Below, in pieces: positions 1-11,124 of a DNA stretch of 64,000 nucleotides. The notes below the pieces were generated by a model. It saw nothing but the letters and a program-made list of their open reading frames with translations, was not told where the DNA came from and did not search any database. Within the stretch, counting starts at the first letter, position 1; every line of letters begins with the position of its first letter. The translations under genes were made by a program, and so were the position numbers. The stretch is from Halocafeteria seosinensis. Lineage: Eukaryota. The stretch lies in NCBI GenBank assembly GCA_001687465.1, contig LVLI01000249.1, positions 1-64,000 on the forward strand, written 5' to 3'.

Positions 1-291
1 GGTTCTTCGATGGTATTATGAAATGCTGAACAACATGCGGCGTTCACTGGATCGTTGCATACAGTGTACTGTTAGAGTGCGTATCACGTACCGGTAAAGG
101 CAGAGCGGTACTCGGAGTTCCATGTCCATTGAGTTCAGACGATTTCATTTTGAATCATGGCCATGGACCTCTCTCTCTCGTTTGGTATTGAAACGTGGCG
201 AGGATCTGCTACTTTACCATTCTGCTGGTCCATTTGTCAGTATACATGTACCATGGGAACACACACACATACAGGGTAACAGTATGTGACA

Positions 292-569
292 GAAGCTGAC
301 CACATCCTCTTAACGAGGAGCGGTATGCGCCCGTGTTAAGCAGCGACGGGCCCGCTGTTCTTGCAGCCTTGCTGCAGGGGTGACGGACCGGGAGAAGCAC
401 AGAAGCAGAGCAGCACGGACCTGCTCTGTTCGGAGGAGATCGCTCTTCCTCGAGTGAAATTGGGCACACACACAAATGTGACAGATAGCCCACCGGCCGG
501 GAAGTTGACCGCATCCTCTTAACGAGGAGCGGTATGCGCCCGTGTTAAGCAGCGACGGGCCCGCTGTTC
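292..569. repeat. Dispersed direct repeat: ~69 bp at 292-360 recurs at 501-569
   Basis: catcctcttaacgaggagcggtatgcgcccgtgttaagcagcgacgggcccgctgttc is identical at 303-360 and 512-569, preceded by gaagctgacc/gaagttgacc and a CA-rich lead-in. Confidence 0.95.
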
Positions 570-741
570 CGAAATTGGGTCTTCGGAACTTAGGTCAGCC
601 TTACGAGAGCAGCAAGAAGCCAGCCTCGTCCTCGAGTAGACTATCATTTATGGGCCAGCAAGAGACAGCGTTTGTTGCAGAGACTTACAGTACTGGACTT
701 ATGCCGAATCTCGAGCGATGGGGTGCCGCGGACAGACGAGT
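424..741 (+). pseudogene. Degenerate, interrupted fragment of the downstream DDX60-like helicase gene (homologous to ~4001-4191)
   Basis: 424-464 matches ~4001-4042 and 571-741 matches ~4034-4191 (e.g. gcagcaagaag...cagcctcgtcct...atttatgggc.agcaagagacagcgt...ttgcagagacttac...gccgaatctcgagcga.ggggtgccgcggacagacgag), with indels; the peptides LGLRNLGQPY and PNLERWGAADRR mirror LGLRTLGQPY and PNLERRGAADRR. Confidence 0.9.
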
Positions 742-1816
742 CTGGAGCCTCGGCTAACGGGTACTTACTATATCTAATGTTGAATACACACTACCAAATA
801 CCGTAGGTCTGGTACGCAGCAAATAAGGTTCATTTGAGTCACAATCTGGTCGGTGATACAGGTGCCCGTTCTTTGGCCGATACGTTGCGTGTCAACACGG
901 CGCTGACTGACAATGGTTTACGGAGTAATAAGATCAGCGATACAGGCATGCATATCGATACATGCAGTCGTTGACCAATGCGGTGCCCGCGAATACTACA
1001 TTGAATACATGTAATATTGCTTTGGAGGGGGACCACGCCAACGATGATGTAGATCCTTGCCAAACAAAATAGAGCACGTGGTGAAAGAGAACAACAAGGT
1101 GAGAGCGCAATCAATCTGGTGTAGTGCTTGCTCTTTACAAACTTCTATATCGGATAGTGAGCGTTGCCATCTTTTCCCTTTAGTTTAGGCTGTACACCGC
1201 TACAGGTGAAGCAGTTACGCGGGGAAATTTTCTTTGCTTTCGACACTCTGCTGAGAAATTTTGCCTTACTGTGTGGTACAGGAAGAACCAAGTCGAGCAA
1301 ACCGAGAGGCTGCCGCGACACCAAACTACCAAGGAGGAATGAAAGGAGCGCGGCTTCACAGTAGCACGCCAAATCCATCCCACCTAAGTCGAAGCATTCA
1401 ATAAATATGCAGCAGCAACAACAGTTGCATCAGCAATCTTATAGGTAGCTTCTTTGACTAACCTATTGAAATGATCTGTAAGATTGAGGAAATTCAATCA
1501 ATTTGAGCGTGATTTCTCATCTGCTGCTTCATGTTCCTACAGGGGATTTTCTCCTTGCTACCCGTTAGAAGTGAGGATCTCAGAGCAACGAACCCTGGGG
1601 CAAGTGCGGAAAGTAGTGGGCGAAGGACTAATGGAACTTCATCAATAATCATTATGGAAGACCGTGTTGGTTTGTAACGTTGATAAATGTTTGTAACTCA
1701 GTAATCCAAGAAGTGTTCCACTGAAGGGTCCCTTCCTTTAAGCGGAAAGAATACTTGCTTGAAAAGCACAATAGGCTTGTGTGTGTTTGATATAACACAG
1801 ATCCAAGCAGTGTGGG

Positions 1817-2712
1817 TATCCACTCCTCTACTCCTTTTCAAGAAAACAAGAGTCTCGGCTTGTGTGTGTGCTTGTCGAGATCTCCCTCTGTTCGGAAACT
1901 CGTGATATATTCACGTTCCTCGCCCTCTCTCAGGTGAGCTTTAGTGCCTATTTTTTATTTTTTATTTTTTTTTTTTTTTTTTCGCTAGAAGCATGTATAT
2001 GCGGTGTACGCTCGTATGTGCAGTTCTTCTGAAAAATCTTGTGGCTGTGAACCACCTCTGAGTTTTTTGCTCTCCCCGAAGAACCCCTTAAGAGCATCCC
2101 ACCAGTGTTTTGTCCCCTTTCTTCCCTGTCGCACGCCCTACGAGAATTTTCTGGCCTCAATCAACTCCGCCACGGATCGGCAAAGTATCTAATTCGAGGA
2201 AACGAGATCACTTATCCCGCCCGCAAAAGGAGAAGCGGAAGAACTTGCGATAGAGCATTTTTGCTTCGTGGCTTTCGGCAAGTAAGAAGCCGTGTATCTA
2301 CTCCCCTTTCGCAAGAAGCCAGACTCCCGGTTTGTCGAGATCTCCCAACTCGTGGTATTTTCACGTTCCTCGCCCTCTCTCAGGTGAGCTTTAGTGCCTA
2401 TTTTTTTTCTTTTTTTTTTTCGCTAGAAGCATGTATATGCAGTTCTTCTGAAAAATCTTGTGGCTGTGAACCACCTCTGAGTTTTTTGCTCTCCCCGAAG
2501 AACCCCTTAAGAGCATCCCACCAGTGTTTTGTCCTCTTTCTTCCCTGTCGCACGCCCTACGAGAATTTTCTGGCCTCAATCAACTCCGCCACGCATCGGC
2601 AACGTATCTAATTCGAGGAAACGAGATCACTTATCCCGCCCGCAAAAGGAGAAGCGGAAGAACTTGCGATAGAGCATTTTTGCTTCGTGGCTTTCGGCAA
2701 GTAAGAAGCCGT
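1817..2712 (+). repeat. Tandem duplication (~420-480 bp units: ~1817-2293 and ~2294-2712) of the helicase 5' upstream region, each with a poly-T tract
   Basis: Near-identical text from tgtcgagatctccc...ttcacgttcctcgccctctctcaggtgagc...poly(T)...to ...ggcaagtaagaagccgt occurs twice; the ORF track shows duplicated peptides (MRPENSRRACDREERGQ, MFCPLSSLSHALREFSG). Confidence 0.97.
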
Positions 2713-2744
2713 CTTTGATTCATTCACCGTTGGCGAACAACGCA

Positions 2745-5700
2745 ATGGCTGCGGCAGCTAACGCTCGGGATGCTCCTACTGGGAACAATCTCATCCCAAA
2801 ACGCCAAGTGGCAGGTAAGAAGCTTCTAATACCAGGTGCTTTGGTCCTCATGCTACTGCAGGTATCCGATACAGATTTTCGCTCGTTGAATAGGCAAAAG
2901 GTGATTATCAGTGGGGATAGTCTTTTGGCCGCTTTAATGCAACTTGAACCTGTACAGAAAAACTGGTTCTCTGGCAACTCATTCTCATCCTCCGGGAATG
3001 CATGGCCTCAGCCCCTGCCGGTAACCTACCTGATCGAACGTTTTTTCATCCAGCTAAGGGAAAACGCGGGCATCCACAAAAGCGATATTTGTGTCTACTT
3101 CCTTAGCGAATTCACTGAAGTCTGGAAGTCTCAGCATCAAGAGTTCTCGGCCGCTTATATTTTGCTTTGTGTTCTTCGGGTACACCTGTTAAGGCTGCTG
3201 CCAGGGCACGCTGTGACCGATGTAACAGTATCCAAGGGCAACTCAACGACTAAACTAAGAAAGTACTTGAGAATGGAAAGACCGTCTTTGGTTCTCTTAT
3301 GCTGTCGTCCCGACAGGATCCAGGATTCCGTTATTTTCCCCGCCCCGTGGCGCGCGGCTCTCCAACGGCACTGCAACAATGTTGGAACGCTAGCACACTT
3401 TGATAAAGTTGAACTGTCTCTCGACATTGAAAATTATGACTGTTTACATATTGAAGGCCAGCCTACGAGAGTTGCAGTTTACGACTTTGGTCAGCCTGAC
3501 GGGGAACTCTCTACGGACTTCAGAGACTTGGTCTCCTCGGACCGGGAAATGACCAGGAGTTACGGCTGCTCAGCGGATGACCTGGGAAGTGCAAGTACCC
3601 GCTTGAATGCTATACCACAGTTCTTGGATCTAGTGGTGCCGCAGGACTCCGATCCGTTTCACGTTGAGCTATTGGTACTCCATCTTGGGATATTAGGTCA
3701 CATCCACCACGAACAGCGCAGCTTTCCTGACTCCCAGCTCCCTCAGGACCATAACGTCTCCGCGTTCGTCTATACCATTATGAACAACATAGAGGTCGGT
3801 CTACAAGACGGGACACTTCGAGTGATTTACCGTTGGATTTATGACCTTTTTGATTTCCGTCTCTTCGGTGTTCTGTTTAGCATTTTCGATGTACGCGAAA
3901 CAAGAGCTGGTGAGGATGTCACCCTTGAGGATTTTGTTGGTCAAGCCTGCGCAGAAGACTGTAAAGCGCTATGTGAAGGTTTGCAGAACCATTTTCCGCG
4001 TCTGTTCGAAGGGGGTCGCTGTCTTCCTCGAGTGAATTTGGGCCTTCGGACCTTAGGTCAGCCCTACGGGAAGCAGCAAGAAGTTCAGCCTCGTCCTAGA
4101 GCAGACTACCATTTATGGGCTAGCAAGAGACAGCGTCTATTGCAGAGACTTACGCCGAATCTCGAGCGACGGGGTGCCGCGGACAGACGAGAAGAGCATG
4201 TGGGCAGCAAGGCTTCGACAACCAAAAAATTCAATAACGGCGACCACGACGGCGAAGATCATCGGAGGGACGACTTCTACTATGATGATGTGCATGCTCA
4301 CCATTGTCGCTATCTTAACCAGCGCGAAAAACGGGATTTGTCACAGTTCGAGCGCAGACGAGACGAAAAACGTATCCAGGCCAGAGTAGAAGCAGCGTCG
4401 GGTACTATTCCCCAGCAAAAGATCAGCACAGCCAATGTAGCCGAGTCTCTCCTGCCGACGAATCAAAGGGGGAAGGCGATTACAAAGACCTCGCGAATTC
4501 TTTGCGCACCACAGTGTGCAAGGGATCTTCCTGACCCCACCAGCGAGAACGCAAACGCGCCCCAAGCGGCAACTGAATCGGTTCTTACAAAGATCAGAAG
4601 GTCTTTGGAAGAACTTAGATCTAGCCCCAATCTCGGAGTGTTGAACCACGCCCAGCGCTTTGATTTTTGTAAAAAGGGCAATACGATTCCAGATATATTC
4701 GACCGTGTAACAATGCGCTACACACATGACCCCTTTGCTTCCCAGGCTGAAGCTGCTGCTGCATTGTACCGGGATGCCATCGAAAATATCCTAGATCCTG
4801 GGATGAAATATGTTGCCGAGAATCATGAAAGTCTGCAGCAAGAGCAAGTAGATACCGTTTGCGAGTACATCACAGTATCTCTCAAGCTACTCGCGAAGCA
4901 TGGGTTTAGCCAGCATGGGCCACAGCTGCTGGACATTGTTGCAGCCTTCCTGACGGACTACGAATTCATTTACTGTGACTACCAACTAGTTGTGCAGAGT
5001 CTAAACAGTATCCACGAAGAGCTCAAGTTTCAGGATATTTGGCCTGCACATGAAGCAGCAATCGACGAAGCCAACGGAAACATTCCAGAAGAGGCACAGT
5101 TAAGTCTTTCCGATTGGCACTTACGATATATGGGCCCCGGGCTTCGTCGTCGGGAAAATAGCCCCGACCGGTTTGGTAGGCTGAGTTTCGGCAATGGGAG
5201 CGGTCCGGACGAGTGGCAGGTTAGGTTATTGGACGCAATTGACAATTTCAATGACGCCTTGGTTGTTGCTCCTCCATCTAGTGGGAAAACGTTTGCTACA
5301 TTTTACGCAACAAAGCGGCTCATGACATCATCCAACCAAGCCGTCATTCTCTTTATCGCACCTACGTTTCCTTTATGTCTGCAAGTAAGCGCCCAGTTGC
5401 AAAATTTATATGAACGCGATCAGAGGGATAGAGGTCTAGTGGGAATCTTTACTAAAGAATTTCGGACCGTGGAATCCAATTGTCGAATTTTGGTGTGTGT
5501 GGCAGAAGCATTTGAGGTATTACTGCACTCCACTCAGTGGCAGCCTTGGCTAGGCAGAATCCGGTACGTCATTATAGACGAACTGCACAATATCTCCGGT
5601 GGAGAACATAGTCAGTCATATGAGCAAATTATATTGGCGACCCCGGCACCCATAATCGGGCTCTCAGCAACAGTTGGCAACCCTAGGCTTCTAGAATCGT

Positions 5701-8700
5701 GGTTTCGGGGATTTCTTGAGCTACGGCCGCATAATCTCGTAACCGGAAGATATCGAAATCAGGAACTAACAGTTATCTACCCCGAGAATATACAGAGACC
5801 GAACGATGTGTCTCCAATGATTTGGTCTCCTGGTGCTCCTGATAACAACAGCCTTGCCGACATACATCCGGTAGGGGCTTTGAGACTGCAAGACTTGCGA
5901 AGACTCCAACCGGAGGAATTGCACCAATGTTTGCAATTAGCGCCGGAGCACTTGGCCGGTCTCAAGGAAGCCTTCCGTATATATCAGTTTCCGGATATCC
6001 ATCATTTGGAACAAAAGAATGATGACCCCCTAACTCGTGGGAGAAGCGCGCTTCTTCCTTTTCTTGAAGACGCTCGAGCCTATGGTCGCCGTCTCGTGGA
6101 GTGCCTCTTCCGCAGCCAAACAGAAAGCCTATTCCATCGTCTGAATTACAACTTAAAGGTTGCCAATCAAAATCGGGTACAGATGCAAAGCGATAACGCC
6201 ATCACTGAGGGACCGCAAGGAGTGGAAGACGAAGGTGCCTACTTCCTACACCGAGTTGAAATCGTCAAGAGGGACCGACAATTACGTAGCGAGGTAGACT
6301 TTCGTGGTTTCGGATGTGTTGATTGGTTGCTGATGTGCAGAGAATCGTCCAGGAATGCAAGACTGTTTGTTCAGTTTTTCGACGCAGATGCCAACGAAAG
6401 AATCTCAGCTATGAACGTTTGTATCTCGATCGCTATGACTCTGGCACTCCATGATGCTACTGCAGTGCTGTCACAGGTCCATGAAGAGAGTGAGGAGTCA
6501 CGTGAAACCAAAGATGCGGCACGTCGTCTTTTGGAAGTTTGGTTGGCAATAAAATCAGAAGACGTTAATCATGATGAAGCACAATTATGGGAGACTGCGT
6601 ATCACTTCGACAATTTACTCCAGAACCCTCCCATACCCACTTACAGGGTTGCTTCGCGCGATCAACTCGACCCGCTAGTACCGGAAAACTGCGCTTCAAG
6701 AGAGTCAATTCTGTACTGCTTACAACGTGGAATCGTACCCCTTTCAAGCCGCTTGGATGAAAGGGTTCAGCAAGCACTGATACGGTTCGTTTGTGAGAGA
6801 AAATCGCGTCTACACATTGCTTTCGGAACCGATGATGAATATCATCGAGTAAGAAGCAGTGTCACCCATACTGTGGAACTAGACGTCGTTCTTGACTACA
6901 ACAGGGCAAGGCAACAACTCGAAAAGCGGGCTTACCGAAATGATAAAGCCTTTGCTCAAAGAGAGTCTCTGCGGTTATTTAGGTATCTAAAGGGCTCCAA
7001 TAGAGTTCCAGCTATTTTCTTCTGCCTAGACAGTTCCGCATGTAGAGACATAGCACACTCAATGGCCCTGGAACTTGTAGTAAATGAGGCAATGACTGTC
7101 TTGCGCAAGCGTTCCAGTGAACTTTTGGGTCACGTTGGTCGTCAGGATTGTGGATTCGTGGATGAAGTCGCCGATGGGGATGACAACGATGGCGGAAGAC
7201 ATGCACGCATTCGTCAGCAACAGGCGGTAGATGAGCAGAATGAAAAGGTGCGAGAATTACGTTCGTATGCAAAAGAGTTCCTTAGCGAATGGATCAAGCT
7301 TAAAAAAGATTATGAAGACAGACGTCATCCTTTCATGAACGGTGCAAAGAAGAGGGAAGGTGAAGGAGAGAGGCGCAACAGAGTGTGGGAAAGTGGTTTT
7401 CAGCTGAGTCGGTTGCTGCAGGATTTCCGAACGGAAGTCCCTGAGCAATCTTTAACCTCAAATGGGCTGTTGATCTGTGTTGAGCGTCTTGATAGAGCCT
7501 TCGGAGGAAATGGCCATGTAACAAACGATACTGTGCATTCCAAGAAGGAGTTGTTTTGCATGCAGCGTGGAATCGGATTTTACTCTAACAAAGTCAGCTT
7601 CAAGGACAAAGAAGCTCTTCTTCATCTTTTCTGTTTCCGAACAGAACAGGAAACTCGTGCACCTCTTCAGCTACTCATTGGGACGGACGCCATAGGACAA
7701 GGGCTAAATATGCCCGTAAATACCGTAGTCCAGGTAGTGAACTCGGCATTTCTGGGAGAGAGTATGTATTTGCAACAAATCGGAAGAGCGGGCCGTCGAG
7801 GCATCGATAATCGAGGCCATGTCGTGTTCTTGGCGCTCCCGCTTGAGAAAATTTCCTCGCTACTCTTGGCTAAACCGACGGCACTAAAGGGGCAACATCT
7901 AACGTCGAATAACTGGTTTATCAGTAACTTCAAACCCTACGAGAATATTGAGCACTATAACCAACGCTTGTCACTACGCAATAACGACCGGCTAGATACG
8001 GAAGACAAATGTAGCATTAAGTCGTACATTGAGACAAGTATGTGGGTGACCATATTTGGTAACCTTCAGCAAGCAGATGATGAGTCTGTATATTCAAGGC
8101 ATATTTGGTTCGATATTCGGAATCTGCTTAATCAGCTCCAGTTCTACGTAGTCAGCGAGCAGTTGTACACTGAAAGGCTCATCAATTCCAACTTCCAGAC
8201 ACTTCGTTACGGATTCCTCCCATGTAACCTAAGCCACGTAGGCCCAATTTCCCATTTGCTTGCTCGTTTGTTGTATACAGGAGTTATGGAGGAGGGAGTA
8301 CTGACGACCGGGAGGACAAAAGAGGAGAAGAGGCAATTAACGCTGAGAATCCTGGCATGGCTGCTAGGAGGCATGGTAGCTCCAGATAATTACGAGGAGC
8401 CCACGGTGGATGTTGGAATTGCTGACAGGCTAATTTTACATCCATCCACCACGTCCTACGACAACGCTGGTCGAAATACCCAGGTATTGCCCCCCTATTG
8501 GCATGCCTCAGCGGCTACAGTGGAAGGTACATCAAATCCGTGCGGATGCCGTTCGCCCCCCAACAACAATCGGCGGAACGCACATGGTATACCTGCTGTG
8601 ATTTTGAATGAGATGAGTCATTATGTGAAAGAGGTCATTGATATGGAAGTAGACGGTTTGTTGATGGCGGCGACACGTTTGGGGGACAGGCTTGAGTATC

Positions 8701-9554
8701 TCAGGCGTGATTTGTCGTACTTTCTCCCGGAATCGTTACTACCTGTACCTCAGTCGCGCCCAGACGGTAATTATGGTGCTGCTCAGGTGATACCACGGGA
8801 AACGCGATTTTCCCAAGCACCAGTAATGGGACAACCGGCAGGCGTACAAGTGCCTGTCTCATGGGAGGATTGGGACCTTTGTAGCCCTGGAGGAACGCCG
8901 GAGATACGATCACAGACCGGAACCGCAGATGCGTCTGATGCCTTGGATGACACACACGAGAACCCTCCTCTGTTCGAACACATAAGATCCAGAGCAACGC
9001 GGTCAAAAATAGTTGCACCAGGATGGACAATATCAGGCATTTTGTATAACAGACGGGACGACGAGGCTCCTCATAGTTTTCCGAGCTTTTACGCATTACA
9101 GCGTGCAGTGGATCTTCCACTGTCGCCGTTGTGCACCTCGACACCCGTCGTTGACTTCAATGAGATGATGCTTCCGTTTAGCAATTTTTTGCAAGGATGT
9201 TACGGCTCCGACATGAAGCCACAGGACCTGGCAAGCAAATATGATTGTGATGGTTGCCGTGTCTCAGAAGGAGACGTATATGATAGACTGGAAGCGTTCA
9301 AGAATTCGTTGAAGGTAATACGCACGCAGTTGCAATATAGGCTGCCAGAAAATGCAGTGGGGTCTTACGAACTCCTCATAATCGTGAGGAATCTCGTGAG
9401 AAAACTCGATGGAAATGACAGTCGATTTCAAGATGCTGTAGTAGTTGATCATGACAACTCTACGCGGCACCTTATAACGTTTTCAATAGATGACCGACGA
9501 GTCCGAACTGTGCCCTTTAGCAGAGCTGAACAAGAAGTAAGCATTATGTTGTGA
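2745..9554 (+). CDS. DDX60: DDX60-like Ski2-family DExD/H RNA helicase with N-terminal PIN-like region, intronless, ~2269 aa
   Basis: PDEWQVRLLDAID followed by motif I APPSSGKT (~5268-5291), motif II IIDELH (~5571-5588), motif III GLSATVGNP, motif V GLNMP and motif VI QIGRAGRRGID (~7776-7808); N-terminal IISGDSLL and YLIERFF resemble the DDX60 N-terminus. First ATG is at 2745 (the track start at 2715 is TTG). Orthology versus paralogy is not tested. Confidence 0.8.
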   Translation: MAAAANARDAPTGNNLIPKRQVAGKKLLIPGALVLMLLQVSDTDFRSLNRQKVIISGDSLLAALMQLEPVQKNWFSGNSFSSSGNAWPQPLPVTYLIERFFIQLRENAGIHKSDICVYFLSEFTEVWKSQHQEFSAAYILLCVLRVHLLRLLPGHAVTDVTVSKGNSTTKLRKYLRMERPSLVLLCCRPDRIQDSVIFPAPWRAALQRHCNNVGTLAHFDKVELSLDIENYDCLHIEGQPTRVAVYDFGQPDGELSTDFRDLVSSDREMTRSYGCSADDLGSASTRLNAIPQFLDLVVPQDSDPFHVELLVLHLGILGHIHHEQRSFPDSQLPQDHNVSAFVYTIMNNIEVGLQDGTLRVIYRWIYDLFDFRLFGVLFSIFDVRETRAGEDVTLEDFVGQACAEDCKALCEGLQNHFPRLFEGGRCLPRVNLGLRTLGQPYGKQQEVQPRPRADYHLWASKRQRLLQRLTPNLERRGAADRREEHVGSKASTTKKFNNGDHDGEDHRRDDFYYDDVHAHHCRYLNQREKRDLSQFERRRDEKRIQARVEAASGTIPQQKISTANVAESLLPTNQRGKAITKTSRILCAPQCARDLPDPTSENANAPQAATESVLTKIRRSLEELRSSPNLGVLNHAQRFDFCKKGNTIPDIFDRVTMRYTHDPFASQAEAAAALYRDAIENILDPGMKYVAENHESLQQEQVDTVCEYITVSLKLLAKHGFSQHGPQLLDIVAAFLTDYEFIYCDYQLVVQSLNSIHEELKFQDIWPAHEAAIDEANGNIPEEAQLSLSDWHLRYMGPGLRRRENSPDRFGRLSFGNGSGPDEWQVRLLDAIDNFNDALVVAPPSSGKTFATFYATKRLMTSSNQAVILFIAPTFPLCLQVSAQLQNLYERDQRDRGLVGIFTKEFRTVESNCRILVCVAEAFEVLLHSTQWQPWLGRIRYVIIDELHNISGGEHSQSYEQIILATPAPIIGLSATVGNPRLLESWFRGFLELRPHNLVTGRYRNQELTVIYPENIQRPNDVSPMIWSPGAPDNNSLADIHPVGALRLQDLRRLQPEELHQCLQLAPEHLAGLKEAFRIYQFPDIHHLEQKNDDPLTRGRSALLPFLEDARAYGRRLVECLFRSQTESLFHRLNYNLKVANQNRVQMQSDNAITEGPQGVEDEGAYFLHRVEIVKRDRQLRSEVDFRGFGCVDWLLMCRESSRNARLFVQFFDADANERISAMNVCISIAMTLALHDATAVLSQVHEESEESRETKDAARRLLEVWLAIKSEDVNHDEAQLWETAYHFDNLLQNPPIPTYRVASRDQLDPLVPENCASRESILYCLQRGIVPLSSRLDERVQQALIRFVCERKSRLHIAFGTDDEYHRVRSSVTHTVELDVVLDYNRARQQLEKRAYRNDKAFAQRESLRLFRYLKGSNRVPAIFFCLDSSACRDIAHSMALELVVNEAMTVLRKRSSELLGHVGRQDCGFVDEVADGDDNDGGRHARIRQQQAVDEQNEKVRELRSYAKEFLSEWIKLKKDYEDRRHPFMNGAKKREGEGERRNRVWESGFQLSRLLQDFRTEVPEQSLTSNGLLICVERLDRAFGGNGHVTNDTVHSKKELFCMQRGIGFYSNKVSFKDKEALLHLFCFRTEQETRAPLQLLIGTDAIGQGLNMPVNTVVQVVNSAFLGESMYLQQIGRAGRRGIDNRGHVVFLALPLEKISSLLLAKPTALKGQHLTSNNWFISNFKPYENIEHYNQRLSLRNNDRLDTEDKCSIKSYIETSMWVTIFGNLQQADDESVYSRHIWFDIRNLLNQLQFYVVSEQLYTERLINSNFQTLRYGFLPCNLSHVGPISHLLARLLYTGVMEEGVLTTGRTKEEKRQLTLRILAWLLGGMVAPDNYEEPTVDVGIADRLILHPSTTSYDNAGRNTQVLPPYWHASAATVEGTSNPCGCRSPPNNNRRNAHGIPAVILNEMSHYVKEVIDMEVDGLLMAATRLGDRLEYLRRDLSYFLPESLLPVPQSRPDGNYGAAQVIPRETRFSQAPVMGQPAGVQVPVSWEDWDLCSPGGTPEIRSQTGTADASDALDDTHENPPLFEHIRSRATRSKIVAPGWTISGILYNRRDDEAPHSFPSFYALQRAVDLPLSPLCTSTPVVDFNEMMLPFSNFLQGCYGSDMKPQDLASKYDCDGCRVSEGDVYDRLEAFKNSLKVIRTQLQYRLPENAVGSYELLIIVRNLVRKLDGNDSRFQDAVVVDHDNSTRHLITFSIDDRRVRTVPFSRAEQEVSIML

Positions 9555-11124
9555 CGAGGAACGATTTGTAATTGCTTACTTAACAGTATCTTTCTTACAG
9601 AATAGTCCCGGGAATGGTGTACGAATCGAAGCGGTTGGGGATCGGGGGATACGTTGGCTACATGGAATCGGCCATAGGAGGATCCAGGACTACAGGAAGG
9701 AGTGTTGGGTAGGAAAAGTCGAAAGATCTCATGGTCAAACAGTGGCAGTGCACTGCTATAACGACCAGAGAACAAGAGAATGCCGTGTTGCTCAGAATAT
9801 TGACCGGCCCCGGGAAGTAAGTTTTTGGTTCACGAAGGCGATTCATGTCAGTTTTTAATGTAGCGAGTTACCTACCACTTCAGGGTACCAACGTCTTAGT
9901 AAAGGTGAATCATCTACTACATGAAGGGACAGGAAAAAGCATCATACACAGAAAATGCACTCCATATGAGGATTTAGAAATTGAGTATAGGAATCTTGCT
10001 ATCCCCGGCTGGACGTCAAACAGTTGAGCGGGCTGCCCTAAAACCAAGTAAATTCTGCCAAGGGTTAATTGTACTTATCCTACTGAAAGAGTTGTAGCGG
10101 AAAACAGGCTACACCCAAGGCGGACCAATGTTCCGGCATATAAGCGGACCAATGTGTATTGTGCAAGTGGCAGTAGGGTGTCTGTCACCAGTAGAGTGCC
10201 GGCCAACTTCTTGTTGATACCTTGTGTATGAAGGCTGAAGTATACACTACCACTGCTTTGCACATCTTTCACAAAACAGTCTTGATGTGGGAAGCGGACT
10301 TTTACTTCATTGTTACTTCGAGAGCCCTAGTCAAAGAAGTAGCATGTTCGGTCAAGTTGCAACCGTGGAGCCTGAAATCGATATCAGCAGGCTACTTTCG
10401 GTAATCCCACTTGTTTCACTGCTCTTGCTGTACCGCGTTAGTTCTGTTACACTTCTGTAGTTGGATTGATCTGAAGGCGCCTGCCGGAACCAGGATTATG
10501 TTGGTGGTGCGAAGTCGGAATGGTAAGACGATGCTGGTTGTAGTGTACCTGTAAAGTTGTCACGAATGGTATCATCTCCGTGGCATACAGTATATTCCTG
10601 TAAATACTTGATCCTCACATATGGGTTGGTAACTGAAATCGCAAATACACCGTCTCATGTTCTTGTGAGCAGTGAATGCTCCCACTTTATCCATGGTCGT
10701 TTCGCCGCTTTCATGCGAGTCTCCCGAAAGTTTGTCCTGTCGTTGTGGTTATGTTCCCCTTTCAGGCTGTGTGTACAGTTACCAGTATCTGTACAACTCA
10801 GAAGTGAGTACACTCCCGTAGGATCAACACACACACACACACACGGCAACTGGCTGGAATTAATCAATACGCCAAATTCGTATTCCTTCGTCTTCGGTGG
10901 AGGAACTTAAGAAAGCCGAACAGTCCACTAACGCAGGCACTGCTCGGTCCGCTCCCACGCCTACTGTATACACTGTACTTGTCAATTGAAGTTGAAGTTC
11001 TTGTGAAGCTTGCCAACCGGGCAATCAAATGTTTCAGTCCGGGAGTTGCCGTTAAATGAGCATTATAGAGCGTCACTGTCGTTTGTGTTGCACTTTACTG
11101 CAGTTTTAAACGCTCAAAGACACT

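Noticed and set aside
760..1800. Short ORFs and splice-like signals upstream of the duplicated region
   Set aside because: Possibly a decayed gene, but no consistent frame or recognisable domain
1948..2718. Repeated small ORFs (70, 62, 168, 62, 64 aa)
   Set aside because: By-products of the tandem duplication and poly-T tracts; no coding signature
10120..10155. Direct repeat gcggaccaatgt twice (CCAAT boxes or a transposon end)
   Set aside because: Only 12 bp, about 1 kb from the nearest start, and no matching inverted terminus found
11046..11058. gttgccgttaaat as an RFX X-box upstream of dynein
   Set aside because: Only a half-site match, and RFX control of ciliary genes is not expected in the inferred lineage
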